Under the pieces are notes generated by a model that made no database searches, had not been told where the DNA came from, and worked only from the letters and a program-made list of their open reading frames with translations. DNA of 64,000 nt from a bacterium (GTDB taxonomy: Bacteria; Patescibacteriota; Dojkabacteria; JAKAPS01): positions 1,586-65,585 of the forward strand of contig JAKAPS010000004.1 in NCBI GenBank assembly GCA_021806925.1, in the 5' to 3' direction. The position numbers and the translations under genes are program-made. Each line of letters starts with the position of its first letter. The first letter of the stretch is position 1. Positions 10,517 through 21,634 of the stretch are shown here, in pieces.

Positions 10517-11666
10517 ACAAAAAAAATATAAAGTATATATTGATGCACAACCGTTGACTCCACCAAGAAGCGGAGTAGGGGAGTACCTAAAAAATATACT
10601 CAAAAGGCTTGAAAATAATCCAAGGGTTTATAAGTACACATTTAAGATGGGGCTAATGAGAGCTTTCTATAAAAAACCAATCGACCTTGATATTAATGAT
10701 ATAAAAACACCAGTTGTAATTGAGAGAATCATTCCAAAATCAGTATATATTCTACTTGCCGTTCTTGGTATAAAGGTTCCATTAGAGATATTCTTTGGAT
10801 TTAATGATATTTATTTTTTTGAAAACTTTACAACATTTAAAAAGATAAAGGGGAAAAGCATCACTGTAATACATGATTTATCCTACCTTAAATTCCCGGA
10901 TACATTATCAAAAAATAACAGATTATCATTAAACTACTCAGTAAAGGATTCTATAAAAAATGCTGATGTGATTATTGCAATATCGAACTCAGTAAAATCA
11001 GAATTAGAAGAAACATTTGATAGAAAGGATTTTAGAGTTATATACCCTATAATAGAGTTTGGGGAGAATTTCACTTCACATGAGTTTGAAGAAGGGTTTA
11101 GCGATAACGCTACAAAATATCTGAGAAAACATGATCTAGAGAAGGATAAATACATATTTTTTATAGGGAATATGGAACCAAGAAAGAACATTGTAAACCT
11201 AATAAATGGGTATGTTAAAAGTGATGGGTTAAGAAACAATATAAAATTGGTACTAGCTGGAGCTAACGCTTGGAATAATTCAGAGATACTCAAATCAATA
11301 AAAGAAAATAACATCATAAGCCTTGGAAAAGTTACTTCAGAAGAGAAGGCAATCCTATTTAAGAATTGCTTATTTGGTATAAATGTTTCAATGTATGAAG
11401 GATTTGGCATGCCTGTAGTTGAATCATTCTCATTTGGAAAATCAATGCTTCTATCGGATATTCCAATATTTGAAGAGGTTTCAGAATATGATTTCTATAC
11501 AGATCATACTGATACAGAAGATATAGGGAAGAAGATAAATACACTCATATATGATAATGAATTAAGACAAAGGCTAGAAACAAAGAGTAAAGATAGATTT
11601 AAATATTTTAACTCTCTTCATCAGGATGATGAATTATTGGATATTTTTGATGAATTAACTAAATAA
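10509..11666 (+). CDS. glycosyltransferase family 1 (GT4-type)
   Basis: EGFGMPVVESFSFGKSMLLSDIP and FIGNMEPRKN motifs. It is a paralog of 13095-14225. Confidence 0.8.
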   Translation: MDKQKKYKVYIDAQPLTPPRSGVGEYLKNILKRLENNPRVYKYTFKMGLMRAFYKKPIDLDINDIKTPVVIERIIPKSVYILLAVLGIKVPLEIFFGFNDIYFFENFTTFKKIKGKSITVIHDLSYLKFPDTLSKNNRLSLNYSVKDSIKNADVIIAISNSVKSELEETFDRKDFRVIYPIIEFGENFTSHEFEEGFSDNATKYLRKHDLEKDKYIFFIGNMEPRKNIVNLINGYVKSDGLRNNIKLVLAGANAWNNSEILKSIKENNIISLGKVTSEEKAILFKNCLFGINVSMYEGFGMPVVESFSFGKSMLLSDIPIFEEVSEYDFYTDHTDTEDIGKKINTLIYDNELRQRLETKSKDRFKYFNSLHQDDELLDIFDELTK

Positions 11667-11684
11667 AAAAACTAATTCGTATCT

Positions 11685-13037
11685 TTATGTTACATTGATA
11701 GAATTCAATATTTCATTCATAGTACCAAGTGCAAGTGGATTAAATTCTCTTATCTGTGAGACTAGCTCTTGATTATTTGATATTACATTTAAAAATTCAT
11801 CCCATACACTCTGTTTCGCTGAAACTCTTAAGGATATATCAATAGCATTTACATAATGTGGCAACTTACCTTTTTCTGGACTTTCTGAATATAGTTTTTG
11901 AGCTAGTTTAGCTTGATCCTCAATTAATTTCCTATGTGTGCTTGGATTCGTAGTTGTCATCTCAGCACTATCAAACCAGCATATAGGGATTGGTGTGATC
12001 GAATTTTCATCACCCATCATTCTTACTTTTAACAGTAATTCTACATCAAATGAGAATCCTCTTATACATAAATTTCCATCTTTAATAAGCCTGCGAACAC
12101 AATCAGGAGACCAAGCCTTAAATCCGCATTGCGTATCTAAGGGAATGAATCCTCTTCCAAACAGGGTCTCTCTTAAATACCTTGCAACTTGTGCTCTAAT
12201 ATTCCTATCCGCAGTAATTAACATAACTGATTTTTGCAAACGTCTTGAACCAGCAGCAACTAATGTATCAGGGTTATTTACAAATGCATCTAATAATAAT
12301 CCAATTTGTCCAAGATCAACAGATAAATCCGCATCAGTTGTTACGATTATATCGTTACTTGATTTAGAATTCGAACATGATAATGCCATCCCGTATTCGA
12401 CAGCTGCAGCTTTAACTGTACTCTTTGGTATAGTTGCTCCATCTAGTGAATGTAAAATTACTTCATCATCAATATTAGCCTTATTTTCTATTGCTTTACC
12501 TAAGAAATTAACATAGAACTTACTACGTAATAAAGGATCACCATTTATTATAGCTTCAGCCAGTACTCCTGATGGTGGATCATCATTACACTGATCATCT
12601 ATCAAGGTTACTACATAATCTTTGTTTGAGCCTTTAAAAAGCCATTCAAGCTGTAAATACTTTTGTCTTAAAAAATCCTCCCCAAACTCATTCTCTTCCT
12701 TTCTTTGCATCCTTGTACCTTCGTGATACATTGGAATAACAATACTAATCAATCTTTTTTTTGGATCTGACATTAGTATCAATTTTGATATGGCAAGCTT
12801 CAACGTATATGCAACAAAAACATTAGGATCCACTTCAAAGGATAATTTTTGTTCTAATTGCCGCAAAAGACTTATATCTGAACTATATGAAATAATGGTA
12901 TCTGCATAGGATCTAGCCTCCTGCATAAATTCTGGGTCAGTCATATTTTTTATTGAATTATATTTATATCCTTGTTCTTTTAATAATTTTTCAACACTCA
13001 TACAGCATATAATAATACTCTTAACATTTGAATTCAA
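11685..13037 (-). CDS. glycosyltransferase family 2 with an N-terminal extension
   Basis: LISIVIPMYHEG matches the xSIVIPxYNE motif. TTDADLSVD is a DxD motif. CGFKAW is the GT2 catalytic-base region. Confidence 0.6.
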   Translation of the reverse strand: MNSNVKSIIICCMSVEKLLKEQGYKYNSIKNMTDPEFMQEARSYADTIISYSSDISLLRQLEQKLSFEVDPNVFVAYTLKLAISKLILMSDPKKRLISIVIPMYHEGTRMQRKEENEFGEDFLRQKYLQLEWLFKGSNKDYVVTLIDDQCNDDPPSGVLAEAIINGDPLLRSKFYVNFLGKAIENKANIDDEVILHSLDGATIPKSTVKAAAVEYGMALSCSNSKSSNDIIVTTDADLSVDLGQIGLLLDAFVNNPDTLVAAGSRRLQKSVMLITADRNIRAQVARYLRETLFGRGFIPLDTQCGFKAWSPDCVRRLIKDGNLCIRGFSFDVELLLKVRMMGDENSITPIPICWFDSAEMTTTNPSTHRKLIEDQAKLAQKLYSESPEKGKLPHYVNAIDISLRVSAKQSVWDEFLNVISNNQELVSQIREFNPLALGTMNEILNSINVT

Positions 13038-13094
13038 ATATCTACATAAATTAATGTATTTCTAGTATAATCCAAACAGATATTTACAAGATTT

Positions 13095-14225
13095 ATGAGA
13101 AGCAAGGTAGATGATCAATTATCTGAAAGTAAAGTTAACAAACGTAGATCAATATTTATTGATGCATATGCATTAGTTCCGCCAATAAGTGGAGTAGGAT
13201 ATTACCTAAAGAGTATTATTGATAATCTTGTAAAATCAAATAAGTATGATATTGAGCTTGGTACTTTATCTTCATTTTATTCTAATGAGAGGAAAATTAA
13301 CTATGAGAATAAAGATGTAAAGCAAAAAATAGTCAAATTTCTACCTAGATCAATATACATACTATTAATGAGATTAAATATTGCACCTCCAATTGATATA
13401 TTCTTTGGAAGGCATGATCTCTATTTTTTTGAGAATTACGTATGCTACCCAGTAAAATCAGGTAAGACTATAACAGTAATTCATGATTTAACATTCAAAA
13501 AGTTTCCTCATGCTGTATTCTTCATAAATAGAATGAATCTAAATTTCATAGTGCCGTACACTTTGAATAAATCAGATGTAATAGTAACAGTATCGAACTC
13601 AATTAAAAAGGAAATATATAGATATTACTCTCCTAAGAAAAAGATACATGTAATATATCCGTCAATTGATAAGTCACTTGAAGAAGATGATAGCCTACTG
13701 AAAACATACTCTCTTAAGAAGGATGAATATATATATTTTGTTGGAAATCTTGAACCAAGAAAAAATTTAATCAACCTTATAAAAGCGTTTAATGAAGCAA
13801 AATTGAAGAATATGAAATTAGTAATTAGTGGAAATAAAGGATGGAAAAATAACAAAATAATGGAATTACTAAAATCAGAGAATGTATTACATATTGGAAG
13901 CCCAACAGAGAGTCAAAAGAATTCACTTATAAAAAACTGCCTATTCTTATCAATTGTATCTATATATGAAGGATTCGGAATGCCAATAATTGAAGGATTT
14001 AAATACAATAAAGCAGTTTTAATGTCTGATATTGAATCATTCCGGGAGATATCTAAAATGAACTTTTTTTGTGACCCGCATAATGTTAATGATATTAGGA
14101 AAAAAATGGAATCACTCTACTACGACACTAGGTTAAGACAAAAGTTAGAAAGACTAGGTACAGAAAGATACAAATACTTTTCTTCAATTGACCAATCTCA
14201 TGAACTAGAAGATATATTTAAATAA
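13095..14225 (+). CDS. glycosyltransferase family 1 (GT4-type)
   Basis: EGFGMPIIEGFKYNKAVLMSDI and FVGNLEPRKN motifs. It is a paralog of 10509-11666. Confidence 0.8.
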   Translation: MRSKVDDQLSESKVNKRRSIFIDAYALVPPISGVGYYLKSIIDNLVKSNKYDIELGTLSSFYSNERKINYENKDVKQKIVKFLPRSIYILLMRLNIAPPIDIFFGRHDLYFFENYVCYPVKSGKTITVIHDLTFKKFPHAVFFINRMNLNFIVPYTLNKSDVIVTVSNSIKKEIYRYYSPKKKIHVIYPSIDKSLEEDDSLLKTYSLKKDEYIYFVGNLEPRKNLINLIKAFNEAKLKNMKLVISGNKGWKNNKIMELLKSENVLHIGSPTESQKNSLIKNCLFLSIVSIYEGFGMPIIEGFKYNKAVLMSDIESFREISKMNFFCDPHNVNDIRKKMESLYYDTRLRQKLERLGTERYKYFSSIDQSHELEDIFK

Positions 14226-14266
14226 AATATGTAGCAGTTATAAAGCTGACTTATATTACTTTTTTG

Positions 14267-15022
14267 TTATATTTGCCCAAATTTCAATTTAAACAAATCC
14301 ATAATTGCCTTTAATATTACCGACAGTTTTGCACCAGTTGCTTTTCCAAATACTCTCCTTTTATGTGTTACAGGTACCTCAACATACTTGTATCCCTTTA
14401 ATTTAAGCTTATATAGTATTTCAGTGTTTATAAGGGCACTATTTGAAACAATGTTTATTGATTTTATTACATCACTCTTGAATAATTTAAATGCACAGTC
14501 TATATCTCTAACATGTACACCAATGAGAAGTTGAACCATTAAATTATATACTTTTGCATTTAGTAGCCTAATGAATGGATCATGTCTAGGTGCTCTATAA
14601 CCTATTATATAGTCAATTCCTTTCTTCTTAGCTATGATATCAAAGAATTTATCTAGATCCTCTACAACAAACTGATTATCGCTATCAGTAAAGAAAACCC
14701 ACTCAAGATTTGTAGATACTGAGAATCCTTTCCTTAAAGCACTACCGTATGAGTGAATTACTTCATTATCATTATCATATATTTTAACATGTTTATTATC
14801 TTTGAAGTTTTTCTCTACAACTTTTCTAGTATTATCAGACGAACCATCATTAACAACTACTATTTGGAATTCACTTAAGAAATCTTTGCTTGATAAGTAT
14901 TTAAGTATATTTTCTACCTGTAGTTTTATGTTTTTCTCTTCATTGAATGCTGGCATAAAAATAGTTAATGAAAGTTTTTTCTCTTTACCTTCAACTTTTT
15001 CTCTTGTACTTTTATTTCCCAT
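14267..15022 (-). CDS. polyprenyl-phosphate glycosyltransferase, GtrB/DPM1-like (GT2)
   Basis: LSLTIFMPAFNEEKNI ... VVVNDGSSDNT ... RDIDCAFKLF. Confidence 0.75.
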   Translation of the reverse strand: MGNKSTREKVEGKEKKLSLTIFMPAFNEEKNIKLQVENILKYLSSKDFLSEFQIVVVNDGSSDNTRKVVEKNFKDNKHVKIYDNDNEVIHSYGSALRKGFSVSTNLEWVFFTDSDNQFVVEDLDKFFDIIAKKKGIDYIIGYRAPRHDPFIRLLNAKVYNLMVQLLIGVHVRDIDCAFKLFKSDVIKSINIVSNSALINTEILYKLKLKGYKYVEVPVTHKRRVFGKATGAKLSVILKAIMDLFKLKFGQI

Positions 15023-15345
15023 AGGTGATTAATTATTTATTTAAGTATCATATAAATAGAAAAATATTGCAACATCAAAAAGACACATTTGTTTTTAGCA
15101 AGTAAAATAGTTATTTATTGAGAAGCCACATTGTTGTAAAAATAATTTTTTTATGATATTAGAATCAAAAAAGTAAGAATAATGAATATGCCTGTGAAGC
15201 ATACAACATATGGGATAAAGATTAAAAAAAATACATATACTTAGAAAAATCCGATAGATAAGAGATATATTGTATATCCAACCCATATATATAAACTTTC
15301 TTTACCTACATATATCTTTGTGAGATAATTTGCAAGTAATACAAA

Positions 15346-16365
15346 ATGAAAATATATATATCTGATATATTAGATAAACCACAATTCAATGATTTACTGG
15401 TGTTAGTACAACAAGTTGAGAAATTAAAAACAAAGACTAATTTAGACTATATAAAATTAACCCTAAGTGATAAATCTGGTGTTTTAGAAGGTAAAATATG
15501 GGATAAGGCAATTGGATTATGTGATAAGGCTGAAGTAGGCGATATTGTGAAAATAACAGGAAAGGTTGATTCAACATATGCATCTAAACCCCAATTGATT
15601 ATAAGTTCACTAAGTAATACAAAATCAGATGCTGGAATCTTCTCTGAAATTAGTATTGATAGAAGTGATTTCTATAAAGAATCAAAAATACCTTTAGAGG
15701 AAAGAAAGGCTAGGACATTTAAATTTATAGATATGATAAAGAATGATCAATTGAGGGATATGCTTAATGATATTTTTAAAGATGAGAAGTATAAGACATA
15801 CTTTACATTTCCAGCAGCAGTTTCAATGCACCATGCATATGTAGGTGGACTTAGTCAGCATGTATTGGAAATGCTTGATCTTGGTGTATATCTATCAAAT
15901 AAATTTGATTATGTAAATTTAGACATTGTTTTAGCTGGAATTCTAATGCATGATTTTGCAAAAATATGGGAATTTGAAGAAGTGCAACAAGGTGTATTTA
16001 AATATTCTGTCCTTGGTAATTTACATGGACATATATTCATGGGTGCAAATTTTGTAAAAGAGAATGCACCTAAATATGGTATTGACGATGAAACATTAAT
16101 AAGACTAATTCACGTTGTATTATCTCATCATGGTAAGAAAGAATGGGGATCACCAGTAGCTCCGAAAACTCTTGAAGCTAGAATAGTTCACAGAGTAGAT
16201 GTAATGTCTGAAGAACTAAGATCTATAGATGATGCAATTGAATCAAGAAGTCAAGATATAGAGAAGATTCAAATACTTGAAGAATACTACTACTTCGGAT
16301 TTGTAAATAATGATTCCCTAGAGTTGGAAAAACATCAAACTGAAGAAGAAATACTAGAAAACTAA
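15346..16365 (+). CDS. OB-fold plus HD-domain 3'-5' exoribonuclease, YhaM-like
   Basis: The N-terminal OB-fold is followed by the HD motifs HHAYVGGLSQHVLEM, LMHDFAKI and LSHHGKKEWG. Confidence 0.65.
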   Translation: MKIYISDILDKPQFNDLLVLVQQVEKLKTKTNLDYIKLTLSDKSGVLEGKIWDKAIGLCDKAEVGDIVKITGKVDSTYASKPQLIISSLSNTKSDAGIFSEISIDRSDFYKESKIPLEERKARTFKFIDMIKNDQLRDMLNDIFKDEKYKTYFTFPAAVSMHHAYVGGLSQHVLEMLDLGVYLSNKFDYVNLDIVLAGILMHDFAKIWEFEEVQQGVFKYSVLGNLHGHIFMGANFVKENAPKYGIDDETLIRLIHVVLSHHGKKEWGSPVAPKTLEARIVHRVDVMSEELRSIDDAIESRSQDIEKIQILEEYYYFGFVNNDSLELEKHQTEEEILEN

Positions 16366-16370
16366 TAGAC

Positions 16371-17495
16371 ATGAATATTGTAATAATTAACCCTACATAT
16401 AACGAGAATGAGAATATAAAGATTCTTGTAAAAGAAATTGGAAAAGTTATACATGAATTGGAGGAGAATAATAAATCTGATACTGTTATACAGCTTGTTG
16501 TAGATGATTCATCTCCTGATGGAACAGGGGAGACTGTAAAGACGCTTATGAAGGATTCTTCATATAGCTTCCTTAGAATAATCGAGGGGAATAAAGAAGG
16601 ATTAGGTAAAGCTTATGTTAGGGGTATGAAGTACGCAATAGAATCTCTTCATGCTGATGTAGTTATTGAGATGGATGCAGATCTACAGCATGATCCAAAA
16701 TTAATAAAGACTTTAATTAAATATATATATGATGGATATGATTTTGTTATTGCGTCAAGATATGTAAGTGGTGGAGCATATGAAAAAACCTGGAGTAAAT
16801 TTAGAGTTTTAAACAGTAAGATTGCAAATATTGTATCAAGAGGAATTGCAGGATTGAAAACTCATGATACAACATCTGGATTCAGAGCTATAAGGTCAAC
16901 AATACTAAATAAAATTGATTTAGAAAACATTACTTCTGATGGTTATGCATTTCAATTCGAATTACTTTACTTGGCAGAGAAAAAACATGCAAAGATAAAA
17001 GAATTTGGGTTCCTATTCAAAGATAGAAAATTTGGTCAAAGTAAAATAAGTTTAAATAAGCAATATATACTTGATATATTGAATTTCTTCTTCCTTGCAT
17101 TTAAGTTTAGATATTTAAACTCTATAAAAATATTAAAATTTGGTGTAGTAGGATTAACAGGAACAATTATTAATCTGATAATCTACCATCTTGTTATTAA
17201 AGATGTAAAAATAGCATTTATAGCAGAGGCAATAGGATATGAATTATCATTATTCTTTAATTTTGGATTTAATCATTACTGGACATTTAAATCAAATGAA
17301 AAGCCACTTAAAGCATTAATAAAATACAATGGAACATCACTTATATCATTAATTGTAACATCAACTGTTACACAGATTACATCACTTTTATTCTCTAAAT
17401 ACAAGACTAATTTCCTTATACCTATACCAGGTATTGGAGTTGGATTCATAGTCAACTATGTATTAGCAAAGAAATTTGTTTGGAGACAAAAATAA
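16371..17495 (+). CDS. GT2 polyprenyl-phosphate glycosyltransferase (DPM1-like) fused to a GtrA-like C-terminal membrane domain
   Basis: IVIINPTYNENENI ... VVDDSSPDGT ... DADLQHDP ... SGFRA, followed by a roughly 120-aa four-TM GtrA-like tail. Confidence 0.75.
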   Translation: MNIVIINPTYNENENIKILVKEIGKVIHELEENNKSDTVIQLVVDDSSPDGTGETVKTLMKDSSYSFLRIIEGNKEGLGKAYVRGMKYAIESLHADVVIEMDADLQHDPKLIKTLIKYIYDGYDFVIASRYVSGGAYEKTWSKFRVLNSKIANIVSRGIAGLKTHDTTSGFRAIRSTILNKIDLENITSDGYAFQFELLYLAEKKHAKIKEFGFLFKDRKFGQSKISLNKQYILDILNFFFLAFKFRYLNSIKILKFGVVGLTGTIINLIIYHLVIKDVKIAFIAEAIGYELSLFFNFGFNHYWTFKSNEKPLKALIKYNGTSLISLIVTSTVTQITSLLFSKYKTNFLIPIPGIGVGFIVNYVLAKKFVWRQK

Positions 17496-17519
17496 ATAGG
17501 ATAGGGGAAATATGTACGC

Positions 17520-18707
17520 CTACATAGTCTTAAATATATTCACAAGCTTTAATACATCATCATTCCAGGAAAATCTCTTAATGTTCTCTGCACCTAATTT
17601 CGTTAATTTGTTTCGTTTCGTTGTATCCGTACTAAGTGTATCAATAGCTTCAGATAAACTATCTACATCGTTATTTTCAACAAATACAGCACCCTTTCCT
17701 GCAGCTTCAACCAAAGATGAGCTTTTTACAGAGATAACAGGAATGCCAAAGAATTGAGCCTCAATAATTGGTAACCCAAATCCTTCATAAACTGAAGAAC
17801 ATATTGCAATTTTTGAACGGTAATATAGGTAGCTCAAAGTTTTATCATTTATTTCACTGTATAATTCAAAATATTTTTTGTATTTTATAGGTATTATTGG
17901 CTTTACACTTTTAGTCTTCCTGGTAGATAACCCGTTTATCCCAACAATAGCCATCTTTAAGTTACTATCCTTGTGTTCGCTAAGGTATTTAATAAATCCG
18001 CTTACTGCAAAGCTATTATTTTTTCTTTTATCAAACCCTCCTAAACATATTATAAGATTCCTATCATTCTGCCTAATATTATTTTCACCATTGAACTTAG
18101 GTCTTGATTTATTTGTTTGTTTTTTTGAATTACTAATTGCTTTAGTATTGTTAAGTAGGAATGATTCAAACTGGGGTGATATTGATGGATATAGTACAAG
18201 GACCTTATCCTCATTTAATTTTGGAAATGTATCCAATATTTCATCTTTTGAAAATTGGGAAACTGTAATTATCAAATCAGCATATCTTTGAGCTTGCAAT
18301 GATTTTATTATAAACCAGATTTTAGAATATAGGTTTATATACCCGCCAAATTTTATCTGTATCAAATCGTGAATATACGTTATTTTTTTACACTTACTAA
18401 ACAATGGAATTGTAAATGATTCAAATGACACGTATATATCCGTTTTGAATTTATTTACTTGATAATTAAGAAGTGTAAAGTCATAAAGAACCCTGAATAC
18501 ATTAATATTAGCTAATTTTTGAGAAAAAAAATGGACTTCAGGAAACTTATTTCTCATTTTAGATAAAATTGATTTGTGTACAAGCACTGTAAAATCAAAT
18601 TCTTCTGAATATTGGCTAAAAAGTATTGTAGATATATTGTATGTTACTCTACCAGTTCCATCCTTTTTATGCATGTGCCTGCAATCTAAAAAAATTCTTT
18701 TCTTCAT
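17520..18707 (-). CDS. glycosyltransferase family 1
   Basis: EGFGLPIIEAQFFGIPVISVKSSSLVEAAG C-terminal GT-B motif. Confidence 0.75.
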   Translation of the reverse strand: MKKRIFLDCRHMHKKDGTGRVTYNISTILFSQYSEEFDFTVLVHKSILSKMRNKFPEVHFFSQKLANINVFRVLYDFTLLNYQVNKFKTDIYVSFESFTIPLFSKCKKITYIHDLIQIKFGGYINLYSKIWFIIKSLQAQRYADLIITVSQFSKDEILDTFPKLNEDKVLVLYPSISPQFESFLLNNTKAISNSKKQTNKSRPKFNGENNIRQNDRNLIICLGGFDKRKNNSFAVSGFIKYLSEHKDSNLKMAIVGINGLSTRKTKSVKPIIPIKYKKYFELYSEINDKTLSYLYYRSKIAICSSVYEGFGLPIIEAQFFGIPVISVKSSSLVEAAGKGAVFVENNDVDSLSEAIDTLSTDTTKRNKLTKLGAENIKRFSWNDDVLKLVNIFKTM

Positions 18708-18718
18708 AGAATGTATAT

Positions 18719-19366
18719 TTAAATAACACCTTTCTTCTTTATTATTGCCATGGGTGTCTTTAATAGAATTAACATATCATGAATAAAAGATTTCCTATCT
18801 ACATATTCTGCATCCATCTTTATTCTTTGGTTGAATGATATGGTTGATCTTCCGCCTACTTGCCATTCTCCTGTTATACCAGGTTTAACTGACAATATCT
18901 TCTTTATATCCTCGCGTGTTTTAGGGTGTTCTTTCCAATATTCATCTATTTCAAATTTAAAATACGGTCTTGGGCCAACAATACTCATATTCCCCTGAAG
19001 CACATCAAAGAATTGTGGCAATTCATCGATACTTGTTGCCCTAATAAATTTACCTATCTTTGTAATTCTTGGATCTTCATCTATACCTAATTTGTTGTTA
19101 TTTCTCCTATACTTTTCATATAACTCAGTATTAGCCTGTAATACCTCCCATGCATTTGGAATCATTGATCTAAATTTCTTCATAAAGAATGGTTTTCCTT
19201 TTAATCCAATATGAACTGGCATATCTTTCTTGAGTGGATAAACACTATGAGAATCTGTTTCATCAAAATACACTAGGATAGCTAGAACAAGCATAATAGG
19301 GGAGAATAAAACTATGAACACGAGAGAAAGTACAATATCTCCACCCCTTTCTATATATTTGTACAT
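18719..19366 (-). CDS. small monotopic phosphoglycosyltransferase (bacterial sugar transferase, WbaP/PglC-like). It is the initiating enzyme of glycan assembly.
   Basis: N-terminal TM helix plus the hallmark DELPQFFDVLQGNMSIVGPRP. Confidence 0.85.
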   Translation of the reverse strand: MYKYIERGGDIVLSLVFIVLFSPIMLVLAILVYFDETDSHSVYPLKKDMPVHIGLKGKPFFMKKFRSMIPNAWEVLQANTELYEKYRRNNNKLGIDEDPRITKIGKFIRATSIDELPQFFDVLQGNMSIVGPRPYFKFEIDEYWKEHPKTREDIKKILSVKPGITGEWQVGGRSTISFNQRIKMDAEYVDRKSFIHDMLILLKTPMAIIKKKGVI

Positions 19367-19511
19367 CTTTAATTTGTAAGCTAATTATACTACACATTAA
19401 AAACAAATTCATTAGAGAAATCCTTTACAATACAAACATGTGATTTATTAGAAGATATATATAAAAAATATAGGTATTGCAATTTGTTGAAAATATGGTA
19501 TTATGTAAATC

Positions 19512-20108
19512 ATGTCAAATTATAGAACAGGTAAACCTAAAGTCAATGAACCATTTTATCCGCCATACACTGGTCCTTATAAACCAAGAACAAGAGGAGA
19601 TAAGAGAATTGCTAACATGATAGCAACTGAAATTATAAAATGGTTACCAAGCGACATGAGTACGCAATTGGAATTTTTCAATTTGATTTATTCAAAATTA
19701 CATGCAAACAGAGATGATAATGCATATAAAGATCCAGTTATACCTAGTCCTAGTAATGCAAGAGAGATCAATAATTTATTAGATGCAATGAGTAAGCGAG
19801 GTATAACTTGCACTCCGGACCCGGTCGTTTTTTGTAGAAATTTGCTTGGTAATCCAATTCAAAGAGAAAGAATTCATATTGTAGCGCTGCTCTTAAGTGA
19901 CAAGGAATTAGCAAAGTATGGATTAGAACTAAGTGTTTCTAAAATTGAAAATGAAGAAAACAAATTTAAAATAGAACTATCGTCTAGCAATTCTAAATTA
20001 TCTGTATTCGAAATAGTAGACTTTTCAAACATACGTAATTGTATGAGACCCAAAAATCCTACGAGAAGGATAGGTCGTCGATCACATAGTACAGAACGAA
20101 ACATATAA
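19512..20108 (+). CDS. hypothetical protein with basic termini
   Basis: 198-aa ORF with no recognised motif. Confidence 0.35.
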   Translation: MSNYRTGKPKVNEPFYPPYTGPYKPRTRGDKRIANMIATEIIKWLPSDMSTQLEFFNLIYSKLHANRDDNAYKDPVIPSPSNAREINNLLDAMSKRGITCTPDPVVFCRNLLGNPIQRERIHIVALLLSDKELAKYGLELSVSKIENEENKFKIELSSSNSKLSVFEIVDFSNIRNCMRPKNPTRRIGRRSHSTERNI

Positions 20109-20199
20109 AAATAGACATACACAATTTAAGCATATAAATATATCTACTGCACATATTTTTGTTAGTTATATAACATATGGTGTATAATACAAGAAATTA

Positions 20200-21516
20200 A
20201 TGGGAATTATAATCTCAAACATACCGCCAAAGGGTACATCAGACTGGTTTCCTGATGAATACGCTATTAGGTCATATATATTCTCAGTATGGAGAAAAGT
20301 AGTTTTAAGTTTTGGTTTTCAAGAATACATGTCTCCCATACTTGAATATTCTGAAATATATAAGGCAAAATCTGGTGAAGATATTGGTAAGCATGAACTT
20401 CTTTCATTTATCGATAGGGGAGGGAGAGAACTATCACTTAGACCTGAAATGACACCTGGTATTACTAGAATAATTTCAAGGATATATAATAAAGAAACAA
20501 AACCTATAAAGTATTTTTCTATTGCAAACTTTTTTAGAAATCAAAATACACAGCAGGGGAGGAATAGGGAATTCTGGCAACTCAACTATGATATATTTGG
20601 AACTGAATCAATAATCTCAGACATTGAGATAATACAAATTGGGATAGAAATAATGATCCAATTTGGAGCTACAAAAGATAACTTCCAAGTTCAGATTAAT
20701 AACAGAGAGTTTGTTGATGATTTCATTAATAAATATCTTGATTTAAATGAGAATAATAAAAGAACTAGCTTGATTGAGATATTGGATAAATTTAACAAGA
20801 TATCAGAAGAAGAACTAAATAAAAATTTAACTGAACTTGGACTTACTGAAATAAATATAGAAAAGATAAAATCATTTATTCTATCAGAAACAATTGAAGA
20901 TGTAATATACAAATATCCTGAATTATCAAGTTCAAAAGGGTATATTAAATTGAATGAATTATTGGATATGCTAGTGAGTATTGGGTATGGTGAATATATT
21001 AAATATTCTCCGCTTCTCTTCAGAGGATTCGATTACTATAATGGAACTGTTTTTGAAATGTTTCCTATAAATGGAACTAATGAAAGGTCTCTTTTCGGTG
21101 GTGGTAGATACAATGGACTATCTAAAATATTTGGTCTTAAAGAAGATGTTTTTGCTGTTGGTGCTGCACCAGGAGATGAAACAACCAAGTTATTTTTAAT
21201 TACAAATAATCTGTTACCAGAATATTTAAAGGTTACTAAAAGAGCTGACATTTACATCCCGTTACTTGATACTAAATTTTTAAAAGAAGTAATTGAACTA
21301 TCAAAGTCATTGAGAATGAAAACAAATTATTCAGTTGAATGTGGATTTGATCAGCAATCTATATCAAAGGCATTCTCATTTAGCAATAAAAATAACTTTA
21401 AATATGTAGTTATAATTGGAAGTGATGAGATAAAGGATAAAACATACACAATAAAAAACCTTTATACAGGAAAACAAGTAACACTTCCAATTAATAACGT
21501 AAATATAGATATATAA
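20200..21516 (+). CDS. hisS: histidyl-tRNA synthetase
   Basis: Class II motifs are present: LRPEMTPGITR, RNEFWQLNYDIFG (motif 2-like) and GGGRYNGL (motif 3). Confidence 0.85.
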   Translation: MGIIISNIPPKGTSDWFPDEYAIRSYIFSVWRKVVLSFGFQEYMSPILEYSEIYKAKSGEDIGKHELLSFIDRGGRELSLRPEMTPGITRIISRIYNKETKPIKYFSIANFFRNQNTQQGRNREFWQLNYDIFGTESIISDIEIIQIGIEIMIQFGATKDNFQVQINNREFVDDFINKYLDLNENNKRTSLIEILDKFNKISEEELNKNLTELGLTEINIEKIKSFILSETIEDVIYKYPELSSSKGYIKLNELLDMLVSIGYGEYIKYSPLLFRGFDYYNGTVFEMFPINGTNERSLFGGGRYNGLSKIFGLKEDVFAVGAAPGDETTKLFLITNNLLPEYLKVTKRADIYIPLLDTKFLKEVIELSKSLRMKTNYSVECGFDQQSISKAFSFSNKNNFKYVVIIGSDEIKDKTYTIKNLYTGKQVTLPINNVNIDI

Positions 21517-21634
21517 TTTGATAGTTTACTTCAATTGACAAGGTTTCAATTTTCTGTTTGTTATTTTTATTTGTCTTTGCTTATTCACATAAAATGTGAT
21601 GATGTCAATCTCAACAAAACAGAAGATTTATCAA

